From Balanoglossus misakiensis (Eukaryota > Animalia > Hemichordata), in contig CM082596.2 in assembly GCA_040954595.2 (NCBI GenBank), positions 8,941,124 to 9,005,123 of the forward strand: 64,000 nucleotides of DNA, read 5' to 3'. This document shows positions 25,445-35,819 of the stretch, piece by piece (positions within the stretch are counted from its first letter, which is position 1; each line of letters starts with the position of its first letter). The notes under the pieces were generated by a model that was given only the letters and a program-made list of their open reading frames with translations, was not told where the DNA came from and made no database searches. The position numbers and the translations under genes are program-made.

Positions 25445-27403
25445 ATGGCATCCAATGGTACTGATCAGCCCGCCCAGCCAGAAGCCACGATAACTCAGGT
25501 TGCAACCACCGTGACGCCAAATGTAGCTGCGGCAGCGTTTGTTGCAGCGCATCGGCCTTCTACTTCCCAAGGTAACATTGAAGCCCATGGTGAATCGCAG
25601 ACAGCAACCCAGCAAACGCCCACTACCGCAGGTACAGGTGCAAGACCTAGAAGAGGAAACCGCGACGGCCTAGACCGTGTGCAAGGGAATGTAGAAAATG
25701 CTGCAGTAGCCGGAGAAACGGAGGTAAATAGTTTTGTGCTTCTTGTTTTTTCTCTGTCGTCGTGTTGTGAATTCTTGTTTTATATGTGTATCCAGCTGTG
25801 CGTTCGTCATTTTTTATTCATTTCATAGTTTTCCGCTTGTGCACTGAGACGCCGAGTGTCTGTTGCCTTCTCGATTCATTCATTGCGTAACTTTCTGACA
25901 CCTGTTGCACCCGTTTCCATGTGCATTGCTCATTTCATTTGGTCGTGCTATCACTTCATTGTTCATTTCACCGCTTTGTGTTTTCATGTCCATTCAGCCG
26001 TACATTGTTCATTTCACCCGGTTGTGCTATCACTACATTGTTCATTTCATCGCTTTGTGTTTTCATGTCCATTCAGCCGTACATTGTTCATTTCATCCGG
26101 TGGTGCTATCACTACGTTCATCTGTTAGTGGTTTCACGTACATTGCTTATTTCATCTCGTGTTTTACATGCGTTTTTGCGTGCATGTCTTCATTGCCTCC
26201 ATTCATTCCCGTTGTGACGCAAGGTGTGCTTTCATTGCTTCATTTCATCCCCGTGATGTCGGGCGTGTGTTTTTATTGTTACATTTCACCTAGGCCATTG
26301 TTCGCGCTTGTCACCCACGGCATGATGTAGACTGACGTAGCATGAACATCTATGGCCTTCCCCACATTCTGCATGCCTTTCCCGGGGTCTCTACCCATAA
26401 CCATGTATGTATATATGTACGTGTACATTGTCAGTCGCTATATAGTGTATTCTTCATCGTATTGACTATATTGATTATATCGAGGGGCGTGTAGGCCCGA
26501 TTATAGCGTGGGCGTGTAGGCCCGATTATATCGTTGGCGTGTAGGCCCGATTATATCGTGGGGCGTGTAGGCCCGATTATATCGTGGGGCGTGTAGGCCC
26601 GATTATATCGTGGGGCGTGTAGGCCCGATTATATCGTGGGGCGTGTAGGTCCGATTATATCGAGGGGCGTGTAGGTCCGATTATATCGTGGGGCGTGTAG
26701 GTCCGATTATATCGAGGGGCGTGTAGGTCCGATTATACCGAGAAACGTGGAAGCTCGATTATATGGTGGGGCCCGGGGTGGAGCGTGCAGCTCGATTATT
26801 ACGATAACCTGGCTTTGTGTGCTATGGGTAATACCTAGTAGTATAAATAGATGTGAAGGCAGCGCATATTGCATACTGGTTCTAGAGTGTCTTTGGTTAG
26901 ATGATTATGAGAATGTTCTTGCTATATTTCAGGTGAAGCGACAGCTTACTGAGTTACAGAGACAGATGGAACAAATGGTGCAGTCCAGTGGAACGGCATC
27001 GGTAGACGAGGCATTGCAAAAAGTGATGGATTTGGCACATAACCCCTCTGTCACATCTCGCAGCCAGTTGCTGAGTGCGTTGAGGGCATTGGTCGACCGC
27101 GCCACGTCTATTGGCCACTCAAAGTTGCATCGATACAGGGCAGTCCAGCTGTCACAGTTTGAATCCAATGACTTTGGAGATGAGGCTGGGCGACTGATAG
27201 TACTGTTGCTAGGCAACAAAGAGGAAGCAGAAATCGCATCCAAGGTTAACAAATTTATGCAGCATGCAAAGAGCCGTCCTGCGCCCTATAATCGCCCAAG
27301 ATGGAGAGGGGGTGATCAGTACCGTGGAAATAGAGATGGAAAGTGTTATGTTTGTGGATTACCAGGTCACTTCGCTAGAAGTTGTGACAAAAAGAAAGAA
27401 TAA
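25445..27403 (+). CDS. Gag-like protein, spliced (25445-25723 + 26933-27403), ~249 aa, CCHC zinc knuckle
   Basis: ATG-initiated low-complexity leader, donor GAG|GTAAAT, acceptor TATATTTCAG|GTG in frame; C-terminal CYVCGLPGHFARSC. Confidence 0.78.
26470..26737. repeat. ~26-bp minisatellite GATTATATCGTGGGGCGTGTAGGCCC x ~10 inside the retrotransposon intron
   Basis: Directly visible contiguous tandem copies; a second ~75-bp tandem repeat lies at ~25925-26115. Confidence 0.92.
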
Positions 27404-27607
27404 TGTATACAATTTGGCTTGATGCTTGAAATGTAATAAAACGTAATATAATCTATATTGTGTCTGGCCTTTTTTCATTATCCCCTGGGCAGGGGGGCTA
27501 CCTCAAGAAGCCCTTTGCTGTTTCAGCAACCTGCATATGCAGGTCCTGTCTGGGGGCGCCCTCATGTAACCCTACTAGTGTTACATTCCCTTTGTGTTCT
27601 CTTGCAG

Positions 27608-29788
27608 TTTCACACCCCCGAGTGGGAATACCTGTACGAGGTGAATCGGGAGTCCTGTGTACGACAATATCACTCTTGGGTTACATGTGAGGGCGCTCCC
27701 AGGCAGGTGGAATATGTCGAGCTGCCAAGTGTCAAAGATGTTGCTATGGGAAAAGTATATGCTTCGCCAAGTGATTTATTTTACCGAGACCCCAATGAAT
27801 TCCAGGCTGGGGAACTTCATAACCATGTAGAATTCTGGCAAGATATCACCCGGTGTTTACTTGACCGTGATGTGATCATGGACTGGCTAATTAATGGAGT
27901 GTACATTTCACGATTCATGCAACATTTTAAAGGACAATTTAAGACCCGAGATTATGACCATGTCGCACCCCCTTGTCAAGCATTTTACAACAACCCCCAA
28001 TGTAGCCAATTTGGCGAGTTTATTGCCAAGACCTTGGGGGACAGATTACAGTCTGGGGCTATATCTAGATTTGGAAAAGTTGGATGTGATCCACCCCCTC
28101 GCATTGTTATGCCCATAACGATTGAACCCACAAAACCCCGACTGTGCACAGACATGCGCTTTCTCAATCTGTGGATTTCAGACATCCCCTTTTCGCTTGA
28201 TAAATTACTCGAGGTCACAAAATACCTCGATGGTAATGATTACCAGTTTAAGTGTGACGATAAGAGTGGGTATGATCACATCCGAATAGCAGAACCCGAT
28301 AGAGTGTACGTGGGTTTTCAGTGGGCAGGGTATTGGTATATTTGCAATACCCTGCCATTTGGATGGAAATTATCTGCATATATATATCAGACAGTAGGTT
28401 ACTGTATTACTAGTTATGTCAGATCCTTAGGTGTACCATGTATACAATACATAGATGACCGGCATGGGGGCGCACTGCGCCTGCCCAGAGGGAAAAATCA
28501 ACAGAATTGGGGTAAAGCACAATTGGCAGAGGCCGCAGCCTACATTTTGTTAAAAACGTGCATCGATGCTGGATACTTTATATCACTAGACAAAAGCGTG
28601 CTGAAACCAGTCCAACGCTTGGTGATGTTGGGTCTGACTGTAGACACCGTAGATATGGCTTTCTCCATACCAGAGAAGAAAAAATGCTCATTCTTGGAGC
28701 TAGTTAATGGGGTCTTACAAGCAAAAATGACCCACCTATCCCTAATTCAGAAGATCATGGGCAAATGCATTTCGCTATCCTTAGCCATACCATGTGCTAG
28801 GTTGTATATCAGACAAATGGCGACCGTAGTGGCAAAAGCCAATTCTACAGCGAGATCCGTGATAGCTTTAAAGAGCGCCCTCAGAGGGGAGCTAATGGAA
28901 TGGGTTAGAATAGTTGAAAGCGCGCAGAAATTTAAATGGCCTATAGAAGAACACGTTGAGATTTCCATCTCCACCGATGCTAGCTCATATAAATGGGGTG
29001 CGATATTACACCAAAGTCATGAGGTGGATTCTGATATCATAGTCAGCGATATGTGGGAGAACGAATGGGCGGGAAAACCAATAGTGCTAAAGGAGGCCGA
29101 GGCATTGCTGAGAGCTCTGATGGCGTTTCAAGAAGTAACACGGGACAAGCGTGTTGACGCAAATGTGGACTCCATGGTATTGACACAAGTATGGGCAAAG
29201 GGTACCCCGGGAGCCAAATCAGTCGCCCTCAATGAAGTAGTCCGCAAGTTGTTTCATTGGTGCGTGGATAATAACATCAGGCTGACGCTTAGATACGTGA
29301 AGTCATCAGACAATAAAGCAGACGCGCCGTCAAGAGAGATATCGCCGATGGACGCTGCACTAACCCCCAAAGCGTGGGAAAAGGTTCAGAAATTGTTCGG
29401 GCCACACCAGATGGATGCCATGGCAAACAGTTCCAATACAAAATTGCCGAGGTTCGTGTCCCCATTCAAACAGCCTGGCTGTGAAGGTGTGAATATATTT
29501 CACCATAGCTTCTCGAGGGATGACAAGCTGTATATATATCCACCCTTTGTACTGGTACATGCTGTCCTCCGACACGTTATTCAGCGAGGATATAAGGCTA
29601 CAGTGATCGTACCCAGACACAGATTCACTCCACCGTTCTGGCCACTCATACGCCAAAAGGCAGTGGACATTCAGCAGATAGGAGAACACGGAGAAGACGA
29701 TGTGATCCTTATACCAACAAAGTACGGTTATGCACCACGTAGTCTCAAGTGTGACTTGTATGCTGTGTCTCTAGGCGATAGAGTATAA
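27608..29788 (+). CDS. Reverse transcriptase - RNase H - adenine methyltransferase-like polyprotein (DIRS/PAT type)
   Basis: PRLCTDMRFLN, DDKSGYDH, LPFGW, YIDD (RT); TDASSYKWGA, LKEAEA, VDS, N.ADAPSR (RH); DAMA...K.PRF.S and YIYPPF (MT-like); no stop or frameshift; begins at a splice acceptor. Confidence 0.9.
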   Translation, partial: FHTPEWEYLYEVNRESCVRQYHSWVTCEGAPRQVEYVELPSVKDVAMGKVYASPSDLFYRDPNEFQAGELHNHVEFWQDITRCLLDRDVIMDWLINGVYISRFMQHFKGQFKTRDYDHVAPPCQAFYNNPQCSQFGEFIAKTLGDRLQSGAISRFGKVGCDPPPRIVMPITIEPTKPRLCTDMRFLNLWISDIPFSLDKLLEVTKYLDGNDYQFKCDDKSGYDHIRIAEPDRVYVGFQWAGYWYICNTLPFGWKLSAYIYQTVGYCITSYVRSLGVPCIQYIDDRHGGALRLPRGKNQQNWGKAQLAEAAAYILLKTCIDAGYFISLDKSVLKPVQRLVMLGLTVDTVDMAFSIPEKKKCSFLELVNGVLQAKMTHLSLIQKIMGKCISLSLAIPCARLYIRQMATVVAKANSTARSVIALKSALRGELMEWVRIVESAQKFKWPIEEHVEISISTDASSYKWGAILHQSHEVDSDIIVSDMWENEWAGKPIVLKEAEALLRALMAFQEVTRDKRVDANVDSMVLTQVWAKGTPGAKSVALNEVVRKLFHWCVDNNIRLTLRYVKSSDNKADAPSREISPMDAALTPKAWEKVQKLFGPHQMDAMANSSNTKLPRFVSPFKQPGCEGVNIFHHSFSRDDKLYIYPPFVLVHAVLRHVIQRGYKATVIVPRHRFTPPFWPLIRQKAVDIQQIGEHGEDDVILIPTKYGYAPRSLKCDLYAVSLGDRV

Positions 29789-29939
29789 TATACACGTAGA
29801 TATATCATGAGAAGATGTTTTTACACATAATTCTCTCTATCATAGTATGTTCAAACATAAATAAAGTAAACAAATGAATATACGTAATGGAAATAGTTAA
29901 GTTCGTGGTCATTATTTATGCATTATCTCATATCCACAG

Positions 29940-31196
29940 ATTTTGTGCTGGATGTGTGGAGTAAGAAACGATGAGCAACAGACACAGTGTCAGATGTGTT
30001 CAACATTGCTAGCGCCAATTAAGCCTCCACGAAATCATACCAAGATTGTCAATACACCAAATCTACTCGCGATAGACCAACGTATGCACGAGGTGCTGGG
30101 ACACAGGTCTCCATATGAGATACAAAAGGACAGGATTATACAGCAACTTGAATCCTTCATGAGCGCAGTTCCCGGGCAGGTGGGTCTGGCGGGAGTAAAA
30201 CCAGAGCATATCGTGAAATTTCTTATATACAAGGATAAAGACGCAAAGACGCAAGTACATCAGGACATATGTGATTATTATGGGAGGGAAGGCCACATGC
30301 CTTGTCAATGTCCAAAACGCCTGACATCTGGCACATTAAAAAATATGGTATCAAAAATGAGTGCATTTTTTCAACAACTGCCTCGAGATAACCCGACCAA
30401 ATCAATTATGGTAGAAAGATATATTAAAAAAATGTCAGAAGAGCAAGCCAAGGCACACGTTATGCCAAAACAAGCGAAACCCTTGTTTTTGCAGAAGATG
30501 AAGTTGATATTTGGGCACATTCTTAATAAATTAGCCAGAGCCACGACAATTGGTCAGATTTATATACTGGCTCGTGATATAACCTTCTTCAAAGTTCTAA
30601 TGTTCTCCGGAGATAGAGCGGGAGATCTGGGTAATGTCAAAACACAGGAAATTCTCCGTTTCCCAGATAATTCAGGTTTTATATTCAACCATACATACGG
30701 GAAAACATTAAGAGGTGCTACATCAAACATGTTTGCAATCAAGCGATGTATAGATGTAGGGATCTGTCCAGTATACGCCATCGAGCAATACATCACTCTA
30801 GCAGAGAGGATTGGGATAAATTTAAGAAGGGGACACATGTTCCGCCCAACGACACCAAGTGGTGAGGTAGACCAACGCCCTCTGTCGTCACAGGCAGTCT
30901 ATGGTCGCCTTAAAACGTATTTGCAGGAGCTGAATTTAGATCAAGGGGAAACACCCCATGGCTGTAGAAGTGCTTGTGCCATCTCGTTATCATTAGCGGG
31001 GGCACAAGTAGACGACTTGTTACGTCATATTGGATGGAAGTCAAAAGATATGGCACATCATTATACAAAATTGTCACAAGTATCAGCAGCCCAGGGGCCG
31101 GCTGAGAAACTTAGAAAAACAGTTGATATGAACACGGTCTTGACACAAGAGTATGAACAGGCAAATAACTTGACGGGTTTTTCTCAAGCCTTCTGA
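29940..31196 (+). CDS. Tyrosine recombinase with N-terminal CxxC-x10-CxxC zinc ribbon
   Basis: Catalytic pattern GDRAGDL, GKT, HGCRS, HIGW, HHYT; CWMC...CQMC at the N-terminus; begins at acceptor ATATCCACAG. Confidence 0.9.
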   Translation: MLCWMCGVRNDEQQTQCQMCSTLLAPIKPPRNHTKIVNTPNLLAIDQRMHEVLGHRSPYEIQKDRIIQQLESFMSAVPGQVGLAGVKPEHIVKFLIYKDKDAKTQVHQDICDYYGREGHMPCQCPKRLTSGTLKNMVSKMSAFFQQLPRDNPTKSIMVERYIKKMSEEQAKAHVMPKQAKPLFLQKMKLIFGHILNKLARATTIGQIYILARDITFFKVLMFSGDRAGDLGNVKTQEILRFPDNSGFIFNHTYGKTLRGATSNMFAIKRCIDVGICPVYAIEQYITLAERIGINLRRGHMFRPTTPSGEVDQRPLSSQAVYGRLKTYLQELNLDQGETPHGCRSACAISLSLAGAQVDDLLRHIGWKSKDMAHHYTKLSQVSAAQGPAEKLRKTVDMNTVLTQEYEQANNLTGFSQAF

Positions 31197-34088
31197 TGTG
31201 TACATATAGATAAGTAAATAATAATGGATATGGAATGTTTAAGCACATACAGCGTGCTGTTATCCCTGTGTAATGTAAATATTAGTGTCTATCATATTAT
31301 TAGTAGTACTAGCATGTGAAGAGATTGCTTTTCTGCTGTAATTGCCATGGTGACTATTAATCATGTATTTGTAAGTTGTGAAAATAAAGACATGATGGAT
31401 CAAAACATATGATCACATCCAAATAACAGAACCTATAGAATGTATATGGGTTATATTTCAGTGTCAATAGGTTTGGGAAATATAATTGAGTGAGCTGATG
31501 GATATGGGGTATTTAAGGTATGGGAACATGAGTAGGGTTCTTATGGTAATTGCATAGATAATGAAGAGAAGCGAGTTTTGCCGTAGATAACAACGATCTG
31601 ACCCAATCCTTATTACAATAGGCAATATTCTTGAGCGGGGTGGTAAGGCTTTAAATATTATATTATTTAAAACCGCATCACACCGCGATAATTAATCCGC
31701 ATATGCTAATGAGCTAATGAATATTCATTAGGACCATATATATAGTACGTTCGGTACCTAGAGCACACTTCCCACACTTCAACCACGAGAGTAAGCAGTG
31801 CTAGCGGTTGATGAGAAAACTCCATAGGTAAAGGGAGGGGAGGGGAGGGGAGGGGAGGGGGAGATTTGGTAATTCCCCACCCGCCCACCCGATCTTAGTC
31901 ACTCCGCTCCGGAATTCGCCTTCGATAACAACGATCTGACCCAATCCTTATTACAATAGGCAATATTCTTGAGCGGGGTGGTAAGGCTTTAAATATTATA
32001 TTTTTCAATATTCTAAATATTTCGAAATGCGTTGTGTACATACTTGTGTGGCGACCTTGGTGACCTTCCTATCCCCACCAAGGTCAACTTGCAACCACTG
32101 TGCGGCGTTGTTATTCAAGGCACACCACGAATGGGAATATCCAGATGGGCCATGGTAGTTAAGCCTTCCTTGATGAGACATGTGCTTATTATTCCAATTA
32201 GAGCTCGCCGTCATCTGCGAATTTGGAATAACTCGATTCTCTACACCAACAGGCTCGGAGTTACACGGCCCTGAAATCGGTGATACATTTTAGTAACAAG
32301 GGACGGACGTTACAGTCGACTGATTTTGGGGTATTTTTGTCAATATTTCCCGATGCATCAACACCTGCAGTTTCGTATTCTATGTTCGATGGCTTTATGA
32401 AAATTTATATTTTTAGCTTCCAACAAAGCCTGCACATGAGTAAAGGCCAGTGTTATGTTGACAAATACTTAATGTCCGGACTTGGAGTCAATTTTCAACA
32501 ATAACAATTCTGATTAATACAAAATGTCTAAAACATTGTCCTCTACAACTATTTTTTTGTAATATTACCCTATATGTAAACATTTCCAGCCGATACATTG
32601 CAGCAGAATAATTCTGAAAATGATTTTTACTTGGGTGACAAGTGTAACCAACGGCCAAAATGTAGTTATTCGCACCTGATTTTTGTCAGATGAAACCCCG
32701 TTTCTCTGCACAGTCACTTGTTTTCCAGTAACCGTCATTAGCTTCCGATATGACAGCACAGTCCAAACTTCCCGGGCGCCGTGGTTCTGATGTGGCCCAG
32801 TTTCTGTATGACAGCTGTTGAATGAAAAAAATCACGTAATTCACCTGTATTCTTCAATTGAAAGCAGTATGATAGGACTACAGAGGCACGAGATTAGTGT
32901 GTTATACCTCTTTTTGGTTTCTTCACGTTGCCATAAAAATATGGGCATCTATTCGTCGAATTCGATATTAATTGGCTTTTCAAGTATACTTTCAACAATG
33001 TTTTCCCATTCTCACACTCCTGGCACGCTGAGAGTGTGGGATCAGATTGGGAGAATATATTATTCCGCACACTGTTATCAAGTGTGGTTCTCATGCAAAC
33101 TGTAATCATGATTAGATATCCTTTCAAGTAACACCATCATGCACGAAGAAGGCGTAATTACAGAGCAAATCATCGATCGAACACACAAACAATCTTGTTG
33201 ATCAATAATACTGGAACTAGATTCGCTGCATGCATGCGATATTATCAATAGACAAAGAAATGCATAACACCAACCTCAGTGCCATCTTCCCACCTCCAGT
33301 CAGCTTCGTTCTCGATGTCACTTAAACCAATCCACAAGTTTTGTTTACCAGATATCATGGTATAACCTAATTATGTATTAATATAAAAAATAACGTCATG
33401 GGTCTATGCCACATCAAAAACAAAACAACACGGAAAATCGCTCATTTGGTCTTGAAGTCGAGTTTTGATGTTGACTCATATGCAAATGTACACTACCTGG
33501 CTTGGAGTAGGAATTGTCACACTGGTTGAAATAAAAGGCGTTTGAGATGACAAAATCCGTATCTGCAGCCACGTATATAAATATTAGAAAGAGTCAAACT
33601 GCATTTGAATTTAGAATTTGATACAACTGTTGGGAGAAATGATTTTCTAAACATATTTTTCTCGGGTTTCTGAAATGAACTCTACAGCGGGTGTTCAGGA
33701 TTTTGAAATATATTACGGGCCTTTCTTTCAGTTTTGGATATTCTTGCTTGAACTCTGCACCAGCGACGCAAAAAACACTATTTTTCAAGTTTTTAGCCAC
33801 GAAAAGAGTTCATTTACTATTAGGAGATCCCACACGTGTGGCCTTATTATGTTTTTGTTACAGGGGCTCCACATTCTACAAATGGTTGATGTATGATAGC
33901 CTACTTACCTTTCAGAAACAGGTTTTTATGGGAGTCGTCGATAGTGACAAGCTCCCCACCTTTGCCTCTACAAATCGACTTGGCCTCGTCGTACGTGTAC
34001 ACTTTCTCGAGGTATGCATAGTACAATTTGTCCGCGAAGTTGTCCCATTGTGGTTCACAGCCTGGTGGAGAAATTGAAGGTACATTAA

Positions 34089-34418
34089 ACGGACAAATTC
34101 TCTCTCTCGTTGCCCTTTTTCCATTAATTATGTTTGATACAAGACACCGTTTATGTTAATGTACATGTGTATGTAGTGAATGAACGTTCGACCACACACA
34201 ACTTCCATCCCACTTGTAAGATATGAGAGTAAAAACTTACCCAAAATGAATCAATGGTAGAGACCGATTATTCAATTTGGCGAGTTTTTTCACTCTCGTG
34301 GAAGGTGTGTGTGGTTGAACGTTGATTCACTGATTATCCACATGTAAATTAATATAAACAGTGTCTTGTACCAAACATAATTAATGAAAAAAGGCAGCGG
34401 GGGAGAGACTTTGTCCCT
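34089..34418. mobile_element. Kolobok-like MITE in copy 2 intron (no LINE inside); orthologous copies at 44106-45376 (with LINE) and 58815-59161
   Basis: TTAA-flanked palindrome, same sequence as 7951-9223. Confidence 0.75.
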
Positions 34419-35248
34419 TTAAGTCTACCAAGCAGGTCGTTATTACGTCGTTGCTTAAACACCATTCGACTGCTTCGTTGTGTGTGGGTGGTGTGAACTA
34501 CATTACCTAAACAAAACCACCATTTTAGCCGCTCTGCTGTTGTACAGGTAAAGGGCAATAGCCGAGGATAAAACTACTGCAGGTATTGCCCCATTAACTA
34601 AGACAGATAGAAAGACATACATACAGATAGAGACAAGCACGTGCATACAGTCACCACAATCAATGCAAGTTGTACCAACACTAGTCATCCAATAAATAGA
34701 ATTAAGCAAAAAAAAAACGAATAAAAGAAACTAATTCTCTGTGTATAGTAATATTCACAAAAGCCTGGAACTCTTAGTCACATAGGACTATGTGGTGATG
34801 AAAACAAAAATCAAAAATCAAATCTAGCATACAAAAATAAGTTATTAAACTTCAAGAGCGTATTTTGTTGTTGGCCGTGCACTGATGAATCAAGAATATT
34901 AAAAAAAAATAAAGAACAGCTGCAGATGTTAACGTGAAATAATGGGCAATTGGAATAAGCAACATCAAAATTAATGAGTAGGTGTATTGTCCTATTCGAA
35001 CATGTTACAGTACCTTTCGCGGATGGCAATGCCTCCGTGACCAACAAACCCAGTAGAGCCAGATACAATTTCATTTTTGACAATTTCTGGTGTCTGGCAG
35101 CGGTTACCATACGATGAAATTCCAGCAGCCTTCAAAGAGAATAGAATAGCTTTGTATCAAAATGACTTCTACGTACATTTTATCACTGGGACTTGGCTTT
35201 TGGTTCACGCATATTGTGAATTGGGAAAGACTTCAATGATTATAAGCC

Positions 35249-35819
35249 TGTAGTACCGCAACCGAGAAGGCTCATGAAACAAGAATACTTGTGACTTGTG
35301 ACTTTTTTATTTACTTATTGTTCGTTTTTGTGTTTATACTTAAATCTTAGCTTGAATTTTCTTTAACTTTGATTTTAACTTTTAATTTCTGTTTAATTTT
35401 AACTTTAATTTTAACTTTTAACTTTGATTTCGATTTTGATTTTGATTTACGAAATAAAAAACGATCTAGATTTTGATTTTGATTTTGATTTCCATTTCGA
35501 TTTTGATTTACGAAATAAAAAACGATCTAAATTTTGATTTTGATTTCGATTTACGAAATGAAAAACGATCTAAATTTTGATTTTTATTTCGATTTACGAA
35601 ATGAAAAACGATCTAAATTTTGATTTTGATTTTGATTTTGATTTACGAAATGAAAAACGATCTGAATTTCGATTTCGATTTTTATGTACAAAAACATTCT
35701 GAATTTTGATTTTGATTTTGATTTCGTTTTTTCAACCTTTGAACTCTGACCGTTGTAGCTATCACGTGATATCTGTTGACGCCAACCCACCCACATGCAC
35801 AAACCCAGCCAAAACCTCG
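35249..35819. repeat. Unit-2-specific sequence with (TTTTGA/TTTCGA)n tandem repeats replacing ~2.1 kb of the unit
   Basis: Homology to unit 1 stops after TATAAGCC (unit 1 ~10048) and resumes at GATAGGGG (unit 1 ~12171). Confidence 0.7.

Larger units (their letters stand above)
25293..32000 (+). mobile_element. Full-length PAT/DIRS-type tyrosine-recombinase retrotransposon with split direct repeats (A1-ORFs-B1-A2-spacer-B2)
   Basis: A1 25293-25421 = A2 31663-31791; B1 31586-31662 = B2 31924-32000; gag, RT-RH-MT and YR ORFs; no TSD; empty site GTACTGTG-TT-TTTCAAT visible in unit 4 at ~56732-56748. Confidence 0.93.
24572..35074 (-). pseudogene. CTLD + FA58C gene copy 2, pseudogene
   Basis: Same exons as copy 1 but TGC>TGA at 32686-32688 and CGA>TGA at 25079-25081; retrotransposon in intron 5; upstream region deleted beyond ~35248. 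Confidence 0.9.

Noticed and set aside
26470-26737. CRISPR-like array
   Set aside because: Repeats are contiguous with no unique spacers, the context is eukaryotic, and there are no cas genes
25293-32000. Prophage/bacterial integrase island, or Ngaro element
   Set aside because: Gag knuckle, DIRS-type RT/RH and split direct repeats define a YR retrotransposon; the MT-like domain after RNase H favours PAT/DIRS over Ngaro (a phylogeny would be decisive)
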